Counted from the whole stretch's first letter, positions 12,571-26,880 are shown. The stretch is DNA of 63,207 nt, filler included, from Octopus bimaculoides (GCF_001194135.2; 8 parts of 8 records of this genome joined end to end with filler, not necessarily neighbours in it), one strand, 5' to 3'. The notes: generated by a model from the sequence alone, not told the origin. Made by a program: numbers and translations.

Positions 12571-13375
12571 TTAAATCTATCTTACTTGGGGTTTAAAAAT
12601 CTTATCCCTATAACTAAAACACAAAAAATCTCTCAAATGTCATCATTTCTAAAAATAGACTTGGCATCATTTCTAAAAATAGCCAAACACCTACTGCTGC
12701 TGTCCAAAGGAATAGGTATAAAAGACAAAACAGCCAGTCTGTTACAGTACATCGGTCATGATGAATGCTAATAGGCATGAAAGTATACTAGCCTTTATAT
12801 ATTTAATTCTCTATATTTAATACTCAGTATTTCATATATTCAATAAGATATTCAATACTTCATTTCATTTTACTATTTATATTATATATTCCATATTCTA
12901 TATCCCACATTAATTTTATAAGAATATAAATAGAAACATAAAAAACAGACAGAGTTGGAACTCTTTTAAATAATATATTCCTCTATACACGATCATACAA
13001 AACCCTTTTTAATATTTTTTATTTTTATTTTTATTCACACACACACACACACACNNNNNNNNNNNNNNNNNNNNNNNNNNNNNNNNNNNNNNNNNNNNNN
13101 NNNNNNNNNNNNNNNNNNNNNNNNNNNNNNNNNNNNNNNNNNNNNNNNNNNNNNNNNNNNNNNNNNNNNNNNNNNNNNNNNNNNNNNNNNNNNNNNNNNN
13201 NNNNNNNNNNNNNNNNNNNNNNNNNNNNNNNNNNNNNNNNNNNNNNNNNNNNNNNNNNNNNNNNNNNNNNNNNNNNNNNNNNNNNNNNNNNNNNNNNNNN
13301 NNNNNNNNNNNNNNNNNNNNNNNNNNNNNNNNNNNNNNNNNNNNNNNNNNNNNTGTGTGTGTGTATGTGTGTGTG

Positions 13376-13475
13376 TATTGAGGCAACCATTTGCTTCATG
13401 TTACGAGAAATATCTTAATATCTTAATAATTTTCGAAACCGATCGGATGGAGGAGAGGTGTTTGTCTCCATTTTA
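13376..13475. mobile_element. Half copy of the MITE family seen at 38159
   Basis: TATTGAGGCAACCATTTGCTTCATGTTA...GATCGGATGGAGG...CTCCATTTT aligns to the left half of 38157-38260. Confidence 0.6.
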
Positions 13476-13779
13476 GATGAAAACACACTCTCATGAATTC
13501 GAAGAAAATCTCGTAAAGAAAACAATACATCAAGTAGTGCTAACTTTGAAGAAACCTTTTGAGTGGTTATCTTCCTTGCATTTGACATTTAGGAACGCAA
13601 ACATGTTGGATAGTAAATTTGTTTGCTTAATATTATATTATATTCTGGGTATATGTGATGTTCGCATGTTAGTGTATTGAGGTACTTCATCATGGAGGTA
13701 TGTTTCTGCTATGTGTGGAGTTCCTGAGTTGTATATATTCAATTTTGACGTTCAGAAAAAGACGTTGTCCCTTTGGTGT

Positions 13780-15110
13780 TAGCGGCGTGGTTAGTAGCTC
13801 CTTTTCAAAATGTCTAAGTGTGACATATTGTTTGTGTATGCAGGGAGAGAAGGTTTAATCCTTCATATTTAGCATGTTATCCGTTGACTGCCTGATATTT
13901 AGTTTTTCAATGATACAGAGTTCACATTTGGTACCCCGACTTCTGTATTTTCTGGATTTAAGAACGCTGTTCCATTTTATCTAAGGGTTGTTATTCCTCC
14001 TTCTTTCACTGTCCATATCACACTGGATAGGGATGTTGCATGTCTTTTATTTTTTCCAAAAATGTCAGCAGGTGTTGTGTGTGTGTATCTTTCCTTCAAC
14101 CATTTGCCCGTCATTCCGATACACGTCTTTGTTACTCCATTGGGAACCATGATTTTGCCTTATATATAAGTTATTTTTTCCAGACAGTATTATTGATTCT
14201 ATATTAGGTAGGCAACTATAGATAACTTTAACAGTGTTGCTATTGAAGATCTGGTGGTATTTGTGTGTATGCAGGATGTCGAGAAGTGACTGTATGTTAA
14301 TTCTAATAATTTTCTAGTTATGTTAGTGGCTAACATTTATACTATAAGGTGGGGCAAACCATGATATTTTCCTCTGTTTGAGTCTTCTTGGCCTGTCTGT
14401 ATTTGGTTCGATGTAGTTTATTGAAGATGGACAATTCTAACGTAATTACAGTTTGGGGTGGCTTTTTCAATACATAGATTAGAGACACGCCTGCTAATGT
14501 TATTAACTTGTTGTTTAATGACTTCTGGTGAATGGTTGAAGCCTATGTCTACGTAGGTGACTTCCTCATTTGGTTTGTGGTAGGTTTTAAATTTGCCTGT
14601 GCTAAGGTTCATATTAATATCTAGAAAGTTGACTTCTTTAAGGTTGGTACTAATTGTGGTTCTTAGATGTAATTGGCTAAATATTTTGCATAAATTTTTT
14701 TCCTTATCCTATTCACATCGTGTCCATTTTTATTGCGTACCACTCCCAGGCCTTCGTCCCTATATAAACCTATGTTGGCTCCTTTTATTTCTTTTCTAAA
14801 GATATCTAGGATATAGAGGCCTACAATTTTAGCTATCTTTGCACCATCATAGCTCCCTATTGCCACATCAAATTGCTCGTCCCCATTCCTTTTTACCCAA
14901 TAGCAATTATCATGAACAAGTAATGAATTTCTTGGGTTTATAATTGTATTTATATGAGTGTTTGTTGAGGTAACATATGCCCTACTAAATTCAAGAGCCT
15001 TATGAAGCAAGCTTTTGGAAATCGGTGGGGTAAACCGCTACGATGGGAAATTGGATAAGTTTGCATTTGGGTTTATCTTCCGTTTTCTTATTACATTCAA
15101 TAATTGCGCT
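13780..15110 (-). mobile_element. Decayed Penelope-like retroelement (RT + GIY-YIG), Naiad-like
   Basis: FDVAIGSYDGAKIAKIVGLYIL, IGLYRDEGL, HKYHQIFNSNTVKVIYSCLPN, KCELCIIEK, FSPCIHK across frameshifts. Confidence 0.85.
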
Positions 15111-15226
15111 GCTATATAACAAAGCCATCGACTCTTCAATCTAAAAATTGGTGTACTTAGTCATCAAAGCCATCACTATAACGGAAGAGATGTGCAAATA
15201 AAGATTAAATTCATGCATACGAAATG

Positions 15227-15295
15227 ATGCTGACGAGATGAGCGTAGAAATGCTGACGAGATGAGCGTAGAAATGCTGACGAGATGAGCGTAGAA
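15227..15295. repeat. 23-bp tandem repeat x3 overlapping a MITE end
   Basis: (ATGCTGACGAGATGAGCGTAGAA)3. Confidence 0.95.
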
Positions 15296-15486
15296 ATGTG
15301 TATTTTTTCGAACGCAGAATTGCCGTTAGGACAGCAGAAATACAGGGTAAATGATCCGCAAAGAGCGGAAAAATTTGTCACCCAACAGCCATTGGATAAA
15401 TCTTCCCGCTTTGTAAGGGTAATTTACCCAGTATCTCATTCTTCTAACGGCAATTCTTCGTTCGAAAAAATACACATTTCTACGCT
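15287..15486. mobile_element. ~200-bp palindromic MITE
   Basis: AGCGTAGAAATGTGTATTTTTTCGAACG-AGAATTGCCGTTAG occurs inverted at both ends. Confidence 0.85.
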
Positions 15487-15516
15487 TATAAACTTATAAG
15501 AAACACAAATATTAGC

Positions 15517-15564
<48 letters not shown>

Positions 15565-15733
15565 NNNNNNNNNNNNNNNNNNNNNNNNNNNNNNNNNNNN
15601 NNNNNNNNNNNNNNNNNNTGTGTGTGCGCGTGTGTGTGTGTTTGTGCGTGTGTGTGTGTGAGTGTGTGTGTGTGTGTGCGTGCGTGTGTGTGCGTGAAGC
15701 CTGTGCGTGTGCGTGCGTGTGTGCGCGTGAACG

Positions 15734-15765
<32 letters not shown>

Positions 15766-17168
15766 TGAATTTTAAATGCCATTTATGAAGTGCATTCGAT
15801 CATTCGTAACATGTCATCAGAGAGGATCGAAATACGAACAAAATAAGTTCCAGGTTCATGTTCTACGTACTCACTAATAGATGTGCTTTTAACATAACCT
15901 GGTAGCCGTAAACTATTCGTATCCAGCCCTCCCGCGTCGTTCGGCATAGGGAATTCTGAAATCGTTCAAACCAACCAGTACCTGAATTAAAATGTCTATC
16001 AGTGTTAGTTTATTTACCATAATTTCTGGCACGCTGGCGGAGTCGTTAGTAACCCGGATAAAATGCTTAGCGCTATTTCGTCTCCTTGTGCGCTCTGAGA
16101 TAAGATTCCGACGAAGTCGAATTTGCTTTTCCCTTATTCAGGGTCGGAAAAAAGTACCATTTGAACATTGGTATCGTTGTAATTGACTAGTCATCTCTGT
16201 AAACTTGCTGGCTTGTGCTGAAATTTGAAACCATAAATCTGGCGAGCTAGCAAATTTTCTAGAGCCACGGACTAAATGCTTATGGACATTTCTTATGGCT
16301 TACTACGTCCTGATAAAAAAATTCGGCCGAGATTAACTTAGCCTTTTATCATGGGGCGATAAAACAAATATCTGTTGAATATCAGGAGTCGATATAACCG
16401 ACTAACATCCACTTCTAAAATTGTTGTTATCATTCCAAAATTGGAAACCAGCGACGAGCTGGCAGAATCGTTTGAGTCTTGGATAAATTGCTTAGCGACA
16501 TTTCTTGCTGCCTGAGATTCTATCTTCGAATTCCCACCGCGGTAAATTTGGTCTTTCATCCTAATAACCAACTGAGTACTGTGGTGGATGTAATTGAATT
16601 TCCCTTCCACTATAGCTGCTGGCCTTGTGTCAAAATTTTAAGCCATTATTTCTCATCTGAAAACAGTCAAATTTGTTTTTCTGAAATATAGTTTTGGAAA
16701 GAGCAATAAGTTTTGACATAAATTCTAATCCATACGACAAGAATATGCCTTTTCCATCACAGCAACGCTTCTATTTCTTGTAATTCATCGCAATGCTAAT
16801 TTACCATTATCTTTTATTTCAGTTGCATGTTTTATTATATTTCTCACAGAAGATTCCTATATAACCATCATGTCTGCCAAATTTTGGCATTGCTATCGCC
16901 AGGAGTATGACGATCAGTTACAACAAATTTATACTCCGGTATAACAGTAAATCTCTTCTTTTCAAACTACAATTCCAGTGGCATTCAAAAATGCACAAAG
17001 TATGTCATTATATTATCAAATGACAACAGCCAGAAAACAACCAGTCTGACATTTCAGAGGGAGGCGACACATTATAAATTTCTATCATTATAAACAAGAA
17101 ATCGAAAATAAAGGCGCAGGCGTGGCTGTATGGTAAGAATCTTATGTGGTATATATACATACATGCGC

Positions 17169-17224
<56 letters not shown>

Positions 17225-18299
17225 NNNNNNNNNNATATATATATATATGGTATATTCCGTTAGGAACGTGGTACAGTACAGAATAAACCTCGTCCATCAT
17301 CAGAATTGCCCAGTACTATCCGGTAGTACAATTATATACTTCCAAATTTAAGTTTCAGTATTCATCATGTGTGAATATAAAATGGAAGAAACTAGAAGCA
17401 ACAAGAAGGAGTACAGTTGGGCAGTTATTTTTTAATCGCCACAATTGTTTCCATGCAATGTAGTTCTCCAGAAATACAGGTTTTTGATTATGCAACTGTT
17501 TGTTTGCATAATGAGATCTAGTTGTGTTTCCTCAGGCGATATGCGAGTGTTATCTCCGTTGGTTTAAAATCGTCGAATTCAAGGCCACACCCTCCGTCCG
17601 TCGTGGTTTGAATTTAGTAGTAGCTAATAGACTCATTGTGTGAGCTGCTAGAGTGCGTTTGTCGGACTGATACGAATGGTAGTAGATGGCGATTTTGGTA
17701 CTGGCTGGCATTTGACTGGGATTGGTATATTTCATTTGGTGGTATCACTGATCTGTTCTTCATGGTTGGCTACACATGTGAATTTGTTTAGCTGACTTTT
17801 AGTATTGAGTGGTCGGAAACATACACACATATACACACAGGTTCACACATATACTCCCCCACACAAACCTATGTATAAGTATTGTATTTATATACACATA
17901 TACATACATGCACATATATTTACGTACATACACGTACACATATATTTAGGCATCTATATATATATACATACATATATACATTTATATACTTACCTACATA
18001 CATACACATATATAAGTAAGTAAACCTACCCACTTTGACTTGCAGACGCATATAGCGAAGCACGTCTGTATATACCCTATGTATACTCCTACTCCTATGT
18101 ATATTATTTCCTTCCCTTTGAAATGACTTAAATTTTGTGGGTTTTTTCGGTCGTTTTGACTGTCTCCTAGCATGTAGAAATTGCCTGTTACTAGTAATTT
18201 CTCTTTGTTTAAATATACACTATTTTAAGTTGAATAATATGTCATCTATTGACTTTTTATACATGCTAGGCCACTGGTAGTGAAATTTGTAAAAGTTTG

Positions 18300-18363
<64 letters not shown>

Positions 18364-18449
18364 TAAGTATTGATATTAGCTTTGCAAAGTTCGTTTCGGC
18401 ATTTTTCAATTTCTGCCGACTGAAACTGCGCTTGCGTGGTGGATTTTGG

Positions 18450-20330
18450 AATAAAAAGTATAACTTATAAGGATGAAATACGTGCTATTGGTTTCATAAT
18501 TATAGGTTAGTCTTGGATGGCTCAGTTACGGATGAGAATTTGCCTAGTAAATTATTTAATTAACTAAAATAATTCGAAACCTACAGATATAACCGTAAAA
18601 TCAAGTAAAAGTTTTTATTTTTTCATTCCCTTTGAAATGACTTAAATTAGATTGTTACTATCCTACAATTAATCCTAGAATACTAAATAAAGTACTCATA
18701 AAAATTCTAGCTTATCTAAGTCAGATGTAGACATAATATTAACAGCTCGACAAACCGTTATTAATTACAACAAATTATGGATGAGATCAGATAGAGCTAA
18801 TTATTTTCAAATAACAATGAAATCTAGCCACTCGGCTCAAGCAACAGATATCGTTGGAATCTACATCTTATTCCACATCAAATCTGAATTCCCACGAATA
18901 ATGGGTGGGGGTCCTAATCAAACATTGTACTAAAGTAGAAATAGAAAGATTTAGAAATGAACTCCATAAATTATTTAGACATTTCGGCCTTTCTATAACC
19001 ATAGACTGTAATTAGATGTGATCTTTAATTTAGAAACAGGCTTGTATTAACCATACCACAAGCTGAATGAGTGCCTAAAATACATAAATGGAAAGTCCAT
19101 CATCCATAACCAAAGGAATAATTAGGAACATAGCCACCAGAATATCACGACTGTCAGCCACTGACAAGCGCAATACTACAATGAAGCACTAGTGCTGGGT
19201 ATAAAGAAAAAATCACTTTCGCACCTAAAGAAACCCCACTAGCAGTAACACGCACACACCTATGGTAGAATACACACAAAACACGAAAGACAGCAACAAA
19301 TGCAATAAGAACGCAAATCCCCGAAACAACGGAAAGATAGGAGGAAAACAAACATAGCCCAAAAGAATAGCAATAAAAGAAAACACACAAAATGACAATA
19401 ACGCACAAAAGAGGCTGAAAGAACCAAAGAAAAGATACAAAAATTCAGAAGTCCTATGGTATACTTCAATTTTCGGACTGAAAATATCATCCAAGATAGG
19501 AAAGTAATTCCTTGCAACATTAAATAGGTGTGTCCACAAAACACATAAATACCATCGTATATTCAACAAGCATATTGTGAAAATATCGTACGCAACATCT
19601 AACAACTTGGAGTACTACATACATAAATTACAACAATAGGAAAATAATCATGCAAACAACGCCTGCAGACAACGAACAAACAGATCAAAACAACACAGGA
19701 TATAGGATCAGTAACGAAATTAAACAAAGCAAAGATCGCTTAGAGACCCGGCGGTTGTAATACGATCAAAAGAAAGACTAAAAAAAGAATTAACAAAAAA
19801 GAATGCAACATCAGGAATGCTTCAGGCACTGACAATCAAACAGAACATTACAAAAACAAAAACAGATAAATACGAAAATAATAATAGTACAAATAACTTC
19901 ACCAGTCGCAAGAAATCCGCATGTCCACTCATGAATCAATATGTCCACTCATGAATCAATATGTCCCAAAAAATATAATATACGAACGCACAATCACCAC
20001 AACACAAATACGCAACTATAGGTGCCTCAGAAAACCAGTTTAAGGTCCGTTATCGCAACCATATCTCATCATTCCAAAAGATAAACAGACGACACGCAAC
20101 TTTAATAGCAGACCTAATATGGAGATTTAAGGAAGAAAAAATTAAACAACAAATAGAACGGTCAATAATAAAAAAATGTACACCCATGTAATACGCTATC
20201 CGTCACATGTGACCTTTACCTTGACAAAGCCTTATGCATCCTGGTCAGTAATGAGAACTTGGTAAACAAGCATCCTGAGGAAATTCCGAGATGTCCCCAC
20301 CGCACCAAATATGCATTTTAAAGATTCAAA
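18450..20330 (+). mobile_element. Decayed Penelope-like retroelement (RT + GIY-YIG), Naiad-like
   Basis: YYPTINPRIL, ATDIVGIYIL, DVIFNLETG, HKYHRIFNKHIVKISY, ACPL, IIYE, FKVRYRNH, CDL, LVNK...RCPHRTKY with stops and frameshifts; followed by (TAA)n(GAA)n. Confidence 0.8.
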
Positions 20331-20341
20331 CTTGTGAAATG

Positions 20342-20445
<104 letters not shown>

Positions 20446-20559
20446 AAGAAGAAGAAGAANNNNNNNNNNNNNNNNNNNNNNNNNNNNNNNNNNNNNNNNN
20501 NNNTTAATTAATTAANNNNNNNNNNNNNNNNNNNNNNNNNNNNNNNNNNNNNNNNNNNN

Positions 20560-20597
<38 letters not shown>

Positions 20598-20866
20598 CAG
20601 GTACATATGTATTTGTCTGCAAATGTGTATATATATATATATATATGTGTGTGTGTGATTAGCTACATGTGTGTCTGTGTGTAGACACACATGAGTACAT
20701 GTATGTGTGTGTGTGTGTATGGGGTTGTGTCTATGTATATGTATGTGAACGTTTATGTGTGTGTGTGTGTGTATGTATATGTGTGTATGGGGTTGTGTAT
20801 GTATATGTATGTGAACGTTTATATGCATCTGTGTGTGTGTGTGTGCGTACACGCACACATACACAC

Positions 20867-21273
20867 TTTCCAGCCACACGGTTTCGGGTTCAGTCCTGTT
20901 GCATGGAACCTTGAGCAAGTATCTTCAACCAGGGCCAACCAAAACCTGATGAATATATTAAGTTGACGGAAACAGAAGCCCGTCGTATAAATATGTAAAT
21001 ATATATATACTCATACACACATATATATGCGTGTGTGTGTGTGTGTCCCACCACCTCATGACAAAAGTCGATGGTTTGTTTACCTCTCTTGATGTAAACC
21101 ACTCAGTCACGCAGGCGCCTACATGACGGGCTTCTTTCAGTTTCCGTTTACCAAATCCACCCAGAAGGCTTTGGCCGACCCCGTGCTCTCGAAGAAGACA
21201 CTTACCCATCGCACCGCACAGTGGAACTGAACCCGGAACCATGAGGTTGGGAAGCAAATTCCTTACCGACACA
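20867..21273. mobile_element. Tail-to-tail inverted pair of tRNA-derived (CORE-like) SINEs
   Basis: Plus copy 20867-20987 and minus copy 21123-21273 share the GGGTTCAGTCC B-box region, a CCTTGGGCAAGT-like core and the ACGGAAAC...GAAGCCCGTC tail. Confidence 0.75.
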
Positions 21274-22213
21274 TCTACGTCTGCGCTTTGCCATCGATTA
21301 ATAAATAAAGTCCCTATTACTTACCCCCATATCAGAAGGGAATTGGTCAGTAATTGGTCAAGAGTTAAGGGGGTAGGAAGGAGTGGTAAGGTAGCGGGGT
21401 GGGGGAGGCAGGGGTTTCNNNNNNNNNNNNNNNNNNNNNNNNNNNNNNNNNNNNNNNNNNNNNNNNNNNNNNNNNNNNNNNNNNNNNNNNNNNNNNNNNN
21501 NNNNNNNNNNNNNNNNNNNNNNNNNNNNNNNNNNNNNNNNNNNNNNNNNNNNNNNNNNNNNNNNNNNNNNNNNNNNNNNNNNNNNNNNNNNNNNNNNNNN
21601 NNNNNNNNNNNNNNNNNNNNNNNNNNNNNNNNNNNNNNNNNNNNNNNNNNNNNNNNNNNNNNNNNNNNNNNNNNNNNNNNNNNNNNNNNNNNNNNNNNNN
21701 NNNNNNNNNNNNNNNNNNNNNNNNNNNNNNNNNNNNNNNNNNNNNNNNNNNNNNNNNNNNNNNNNNNNNNNNNNNNNNNNNNNNNNNNNNNNNNNNNNNN
21801 NNNNNNNNNNNNNNNNNNNNNNNNNNNNNNNNNNNNNNNNNNNNNNNNNNNNNNNNNNNNNNNNNNNNNNNNNNNNNNNNNNNNNNNNNNNNNNNNNNNN
21901 NNNNNNNNNNNNNNNNNNNNNNNNNNNNNNNNNNNNNNNNNNNNNNNNNNNNNNNNNNNNNNNNNNNNNNNNNNNNNNNNNNNNNNNNNNNNNNNNNNNN
22001 NNNNNNNNNNNNNNNNNNNNNNNNNNNNNNNNNNNNNNNNNNNNNNNNNNNNNNNNNNNNNNNNNNNNNNNNNNNNNNNNNNNNNNNNNNNNNNNNNNNN
22101 NNNNNNNNNNNNNNNNNNNNNNNNNNNNNNNNNNNNNNNNNNNNNNNNNNNNNNNNNNNNNNNNNNNNNNNNNNNNNNNNNNNNNNNNNNNNNNNNNNNN
22201 NNNNNNNNNNNNN

Positions 22214-22249
<36 letters not shown>

Positions 22250-22371
22250 TACATACATACATACATACATGTACATATCACAGATAAGGATGCATGCCGC
22301 AGAAACGCAAAATGGAATAGACACGGCAAGACCAGAGAGAAGAGGAAACGAAAGTATTCTGACAAATAAAT

Positions 22372-22473
<102 letters not shown>

Positions 22474-24500
22474 NNNNNNNNNNNNNNNNNNNNNNNNNNN
22501 NNNNNNNNNNNNNNNNNNNNNNNNNNNNNNNNNNNNNNNNNNNNNNNNNNNNNNNNNNNNNNNNNNNNNNNNNNNNNNNNNNNNNNNNNNNNNNNNNNNN
22601 NNNNNNNNNNNNNNNNNNNNNNNNNNNNNNNNNNNNNNNNNNNNNNNNNNNNNNNNNNNNNNNNNNNNNNNNNNNNNNNNNNNNNNNNNNNNNNNNNNNN
22701 NNNNNNNNNNNNNNNNNNNNNNNNNNNNNNNNNNNNNNNNNNNNNNNNNNNNNNNNNNNNNNNNNNNNNNNNNNNNNNNNNNNNNNNNNNNNNNNNNNNN
22801 NNNNNNNNNNNNNNNNNNNNNNNNNNNNNNNNNNNNNNNNNNNNNNNNNNNNNNNNNNNNNNNNNNNNNNNNNNNNNNNNNNNNNNNNNNNNNNNNNNNN
22901 NNNNNNNNNNNNNNNNNNNNNNNNNNNNNNNNNNNNNNNNNNNNNNNNNNNNNNNNNNNNNNNNNNNNNNNNNNNNNNNNNNNNNNNNNNNNNNNNNNNN
23001 NNNNNNNNNNNNNNNNNNNNNNNNNNNNNNNNNNNNNNNNNNNNNNNNNNNNNNNNNNNNNNNNNNNNNNNNNNNNNNNNNNNNNNNNNNNNNNNNNNNN
23101 NNNNNNNNNNNNNNNNNNNNNNNNNNNNNNNNNNNNNNNNNNNNNNNNNNNNNNNNNNNNNNNNNNNNNNNNNNNNNNNNNNNNNNNNNNNNNNNNCATG
23201 CCTTATAGTTTTACATACTGACATACACACACACACACACACACACACAATCCGTTCTGCATATGTCTGTTTATGTATGTGTAGAATCTGGTAGTATAGG
23301 GGTGGCTGTGTGATAAGTAGTTTACTTACCAACAACATGGTCCCGGGTTCAGTCCCACTGCATGGCACCTTAGGCAAGTGCTTTCTACTATAGCCTCAGG
23401 CAAACCAAAACTTTGTGAGTGGATTTGGTCGAGAGAAACTGAAAGAAGCCCCTCGTATGTGTGTATATGTTGTTGGCACTCCGTCGCTTACGACGTCGAG
23501 GGTTCCAGTTGATCCCATCAACGGAACAGCCTGCTCGTGAAATTAACGTGCAAGTGGCTGAACACTCCACAGACACACGTACCCATAACATAGTTCTTGG
23601 GGATATTCAGCGTGACACAGAGTGTGACAAGGCTGACCCTTTGAATTACAGGCACAACAGAAACAGGAAGTAAGAGTGAGAGAAAGTTGTGGTGAAAGAG
23701 TACAGCAGGGTTCGCCACCGTCTCCTGCCGGAGCCTCNNNNNNNNNNNNNNNNNNNNNNNNNNNNNNNNNNNNNNNNNNNNNNNNNNNNNNNNNNNNNNN
23801 NNNNNNNNNNNNNNNNNNNNNNNNNNNNNNNNNNNNNNNNNNNNNNNNNNNNNNNNNNNNNNNNNNNNNNNNNNNNNNNNNNNNNNNNNNNNNNNNNNNN
23901 NNNNNNNNNNNNNNNNNNNNNNNNNNNNNNNNNNNNNNNNNNNNNNNNNNNNNNNNNNNNNNNNNNNNNNNNNNNNNNNNNNNNNNNNNNNNNNNNNNNN
24001 NNNNNNNNNNNNNNNNNNNNNNNNNNNNNNNNNNNNNNNNNNNNNNNNNNNNNNNNNNNNNNNNNNNNNNNNNNNNNNNNNNNNNNNNNNNNNNNNNNNN
24101 NNNNNNNNNNNNNNNNNNNNNNNNNNNNNNNNNNNNNNNNNNNNNNNNNNNNNNNNNNNNNNNNNNNNNNNNNNNNNNNNNNNNNNNNNNNNNNNNNNNN
24201 NNNNNNNNNNNNNNNNNNNNNNNNNNNNNNNNNNNNNNNNNNNNNNNNNNNNNNNNNNNNNNNNNNNNNNNNNNNNNNNNNNNNNNNNNNNNNNNNNNNN
24301 NNNNNNNNNNNNNNNNNNNNNNNNNNNNNNNNNNNNNNNNNNNNNNNNNNNNNNNNNNNNNNNNNNNNNNNNNNNNNNNNNNNNNNNNNNNNNNNNNNNN
24401 NNNNNNNNNNNNNNNNNNNNNNNNNNNNNNNNNNNNNNNNNNNNNNNNNNNNNNNNNNNNNNNNNNNNNNNNNNNNNNNNNNNNNNNNNNNNNNNNNNNN

Positions 24501-25460
24501 TATCACTACTACTACGACAATTATTACTACCACCACCACCACCATTGCTACTACGATCACTACTATTACTAATACCACTACCATTTTTAATACTACTACT
24601 ACTACCATCACCATTACTACTACTACTACTACTACTACTACTATCACCATTATTACTACTACTACTACCACCACCACCATTACTACTACCACTACTATCA
24701 CCATTATTACTACTGCTACCACGACCACACTACTACTACTACCACCATTATTACTACTATCACCACCACACTATTACTACTACCACCATTATTACTACTA
24801 TCACCACCACACTACTACTACTACTCACAGTGGCCACCACGAAGAATATAAACATGATTGTTGCTAACTTCATTACTATAACCACCTCACCACTACAAGC
24901 ATTATCACCACCGCCATTAGTGTTATCGCCACTACCACCATCGCGACGATCATCACCACCAAGATTGCTACCACCTCTACTACCATCACCATTACCACTA
25001 CAGTCACCACCACTATCATCGCCCCCACCACCACCACCGTCATCATTGTCACTGCCACCACCACCACCACCATTAGCATTAAAACCCTCACCAGGACCAC
25101 TACTGCTAATATTACTACCGCCACTGTACCCACCACCACCACCACTACCACTACTATCATCACCGCCATCAACATCACCGGACAAATATCAATAACGTCT
25201 GACCGCTGCTAAAATGACCACCGCTACCATTACGAAGACATGTTTCGAATCTCCTCCTCCTTCCTAGCCACCACTGCTCATATGACCACCACTTACAAAT
25301 TAACCACCACCACCATCTCGTCGATAACAACCTCTGTTTCACAGCCCAATATGCCGGCCACCACCGTCACCACCACCACAACGACAACAACAACACTGCC
25401 AAGTCCTCACGTCGTTCCCGTCACGACCACCACCACCACTGTCATTATCACTGCAGTATA
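24501..25460. repeat. Degenerate (CAC/TAC/CAT)n trinucleotide tract
   Basis: Low-complexity sequence that gives open homopolymer-like frames on both strands. Confidence 0.9.
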
Positions 25461-25479
25461 GTCTGACTTGTATATAAAA

Positions 25480-25804
25480 AAACGGATAGATAGATAGATA
25501 GAAAGAGAGAGAGAGAGAGAAAGGGTCAGTAGCGGGAAAGAGCAATACTGTGTAAGACGGTTGGAGGGTTGTGGTAGTGAAACGTAGATGGATAGACAAA
25601 AAGACATAGATTGCTAGGTAGATAGATAAAGAGTGATGGATATATAGGCAGGTAGATAGATGGCTAGATATCAACTGATAGATAGAAACGTAGATGGATA
25701 GATAGGTATATAGACAGGGAAGTAGACAGGTAGATTTAGATAGATAAAGACTGATAGATAGAAAGGTAAATCAGAAAGGTAGGTAGGTAGGCGGATGGAT
25801 GGAC

Positions 25805-25851
<47 letters not shown>

Positions 25852-26763
25852 TAGAAAGATAGATAGGTAGGTAGGTAGGTAAGTAGATAGATAGATTGGA
25901 TAGATAGATAGACAGACAGATAGACAGACGGACAGACAGATAGATAGACAGACAGATAGTGAGATAGATAGACAGACAGACAGATAAATAGACAGATAGA
26001 CAGACAGACAGACAGATAGATAAATAGATAGATAGATATGGATAGGATAGGTGGATGGATGGATAGATAAATAGGCAGATATAAAAATAGATAAAAAGAT
26101 AAAGTAGATGACGAAAAAGAGGAATATAGATAGAATAAGAGGAAAGTGTGGGAGGGGGGAGGTGTCATGCTGAGAGATGAGAAGAAAAGGGGGGCGGGAT
26201 GGGGGAGTATTTATTTATTTACTTTATTATTATTCTGGAGCTTCGTTATGGCACCAAATTGGTCAGTAATTGAATGTGGAGNNNNNNNNNNNNNNNNNNN
26301 NNNNNNNNNNNNNNNNNNNNNNNNNNNNNNNNNNNNNNNNNNNNNNNNNNGTGTGTGTGTGTGGACAGTAGGGGAGAGGGAAGGCGACAAATACAGGGTG
26401 ATAGAAGGGGAGATGGGGATGCAGAGACAAATAGACGGGGGGGGGGAGAAAGAAGTAGATATAGAAAGAGCGAGAGAAAAGGAGATACGCAGAGAGAGAG
26501 AGAGACTGAGAAAGGGAGACAGAAAGACAGGGAGAGTAGGACTGAGGAATAGAGCGACAGAGTGAAAAGACAGAGAGAGAATGAAGTAGATACAGAAAGA
26601 GAGAGTGCGAGAGAAAAGGAGATACACGGAGAGAGAGAGAGAGAGAGAAAGACTGAGAAAGAAAGACAAGTAGATACAGAGAGAGAATAAGAGACAGACA
26701 GATGCATACAGGGAGAGAGAGAGATAGAACTGAGAGAAAAAGAGGCAGAAAGTTGGACAAACA

Positions 26764-26799
<36 letters not shown>

Positions 26800-26880
26800 G
26801 TATAGTATATAGAGAGAAGGTGGAAGAAAGACGGAAAGAAATATAGCAGAGAGCTAGAGGGAGGGAGAGAGGGCTAGAGC
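25480..26880. repeat. (GATA)n/(GACA)n/(GA)n purine-rich tract
   Basis: Direct inspection. Confidence 0.9.

Noticed and set aside
13385-13450. Hammerhead-like GAAACCGATC near the PLE at 13780
   Set aside because: The core has two or more mismatches and the sequence is part of a MITE half copy.
15227-15300. Tandem hammerheads (CTGACGA...GAAA in each 23-mer)
   Set aside because: No pairable stem II, III or I; GAAA comes from the MITE TIR.
13780-20330. Selenoprotein-coding Naiad elements (UGA at Cys positions, SECIS)
   Set aside because: The Cys positions I could read use TGT/TGC, stops are scattered decay, and no SECIS was recognised.
24501-25460. Mucin-like Thr-rich or Pro/Gly-rich protein
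   Set aside because: Degenerate trinucleotide repeat open in several frames on both strands; no unique domain or splice evidence.
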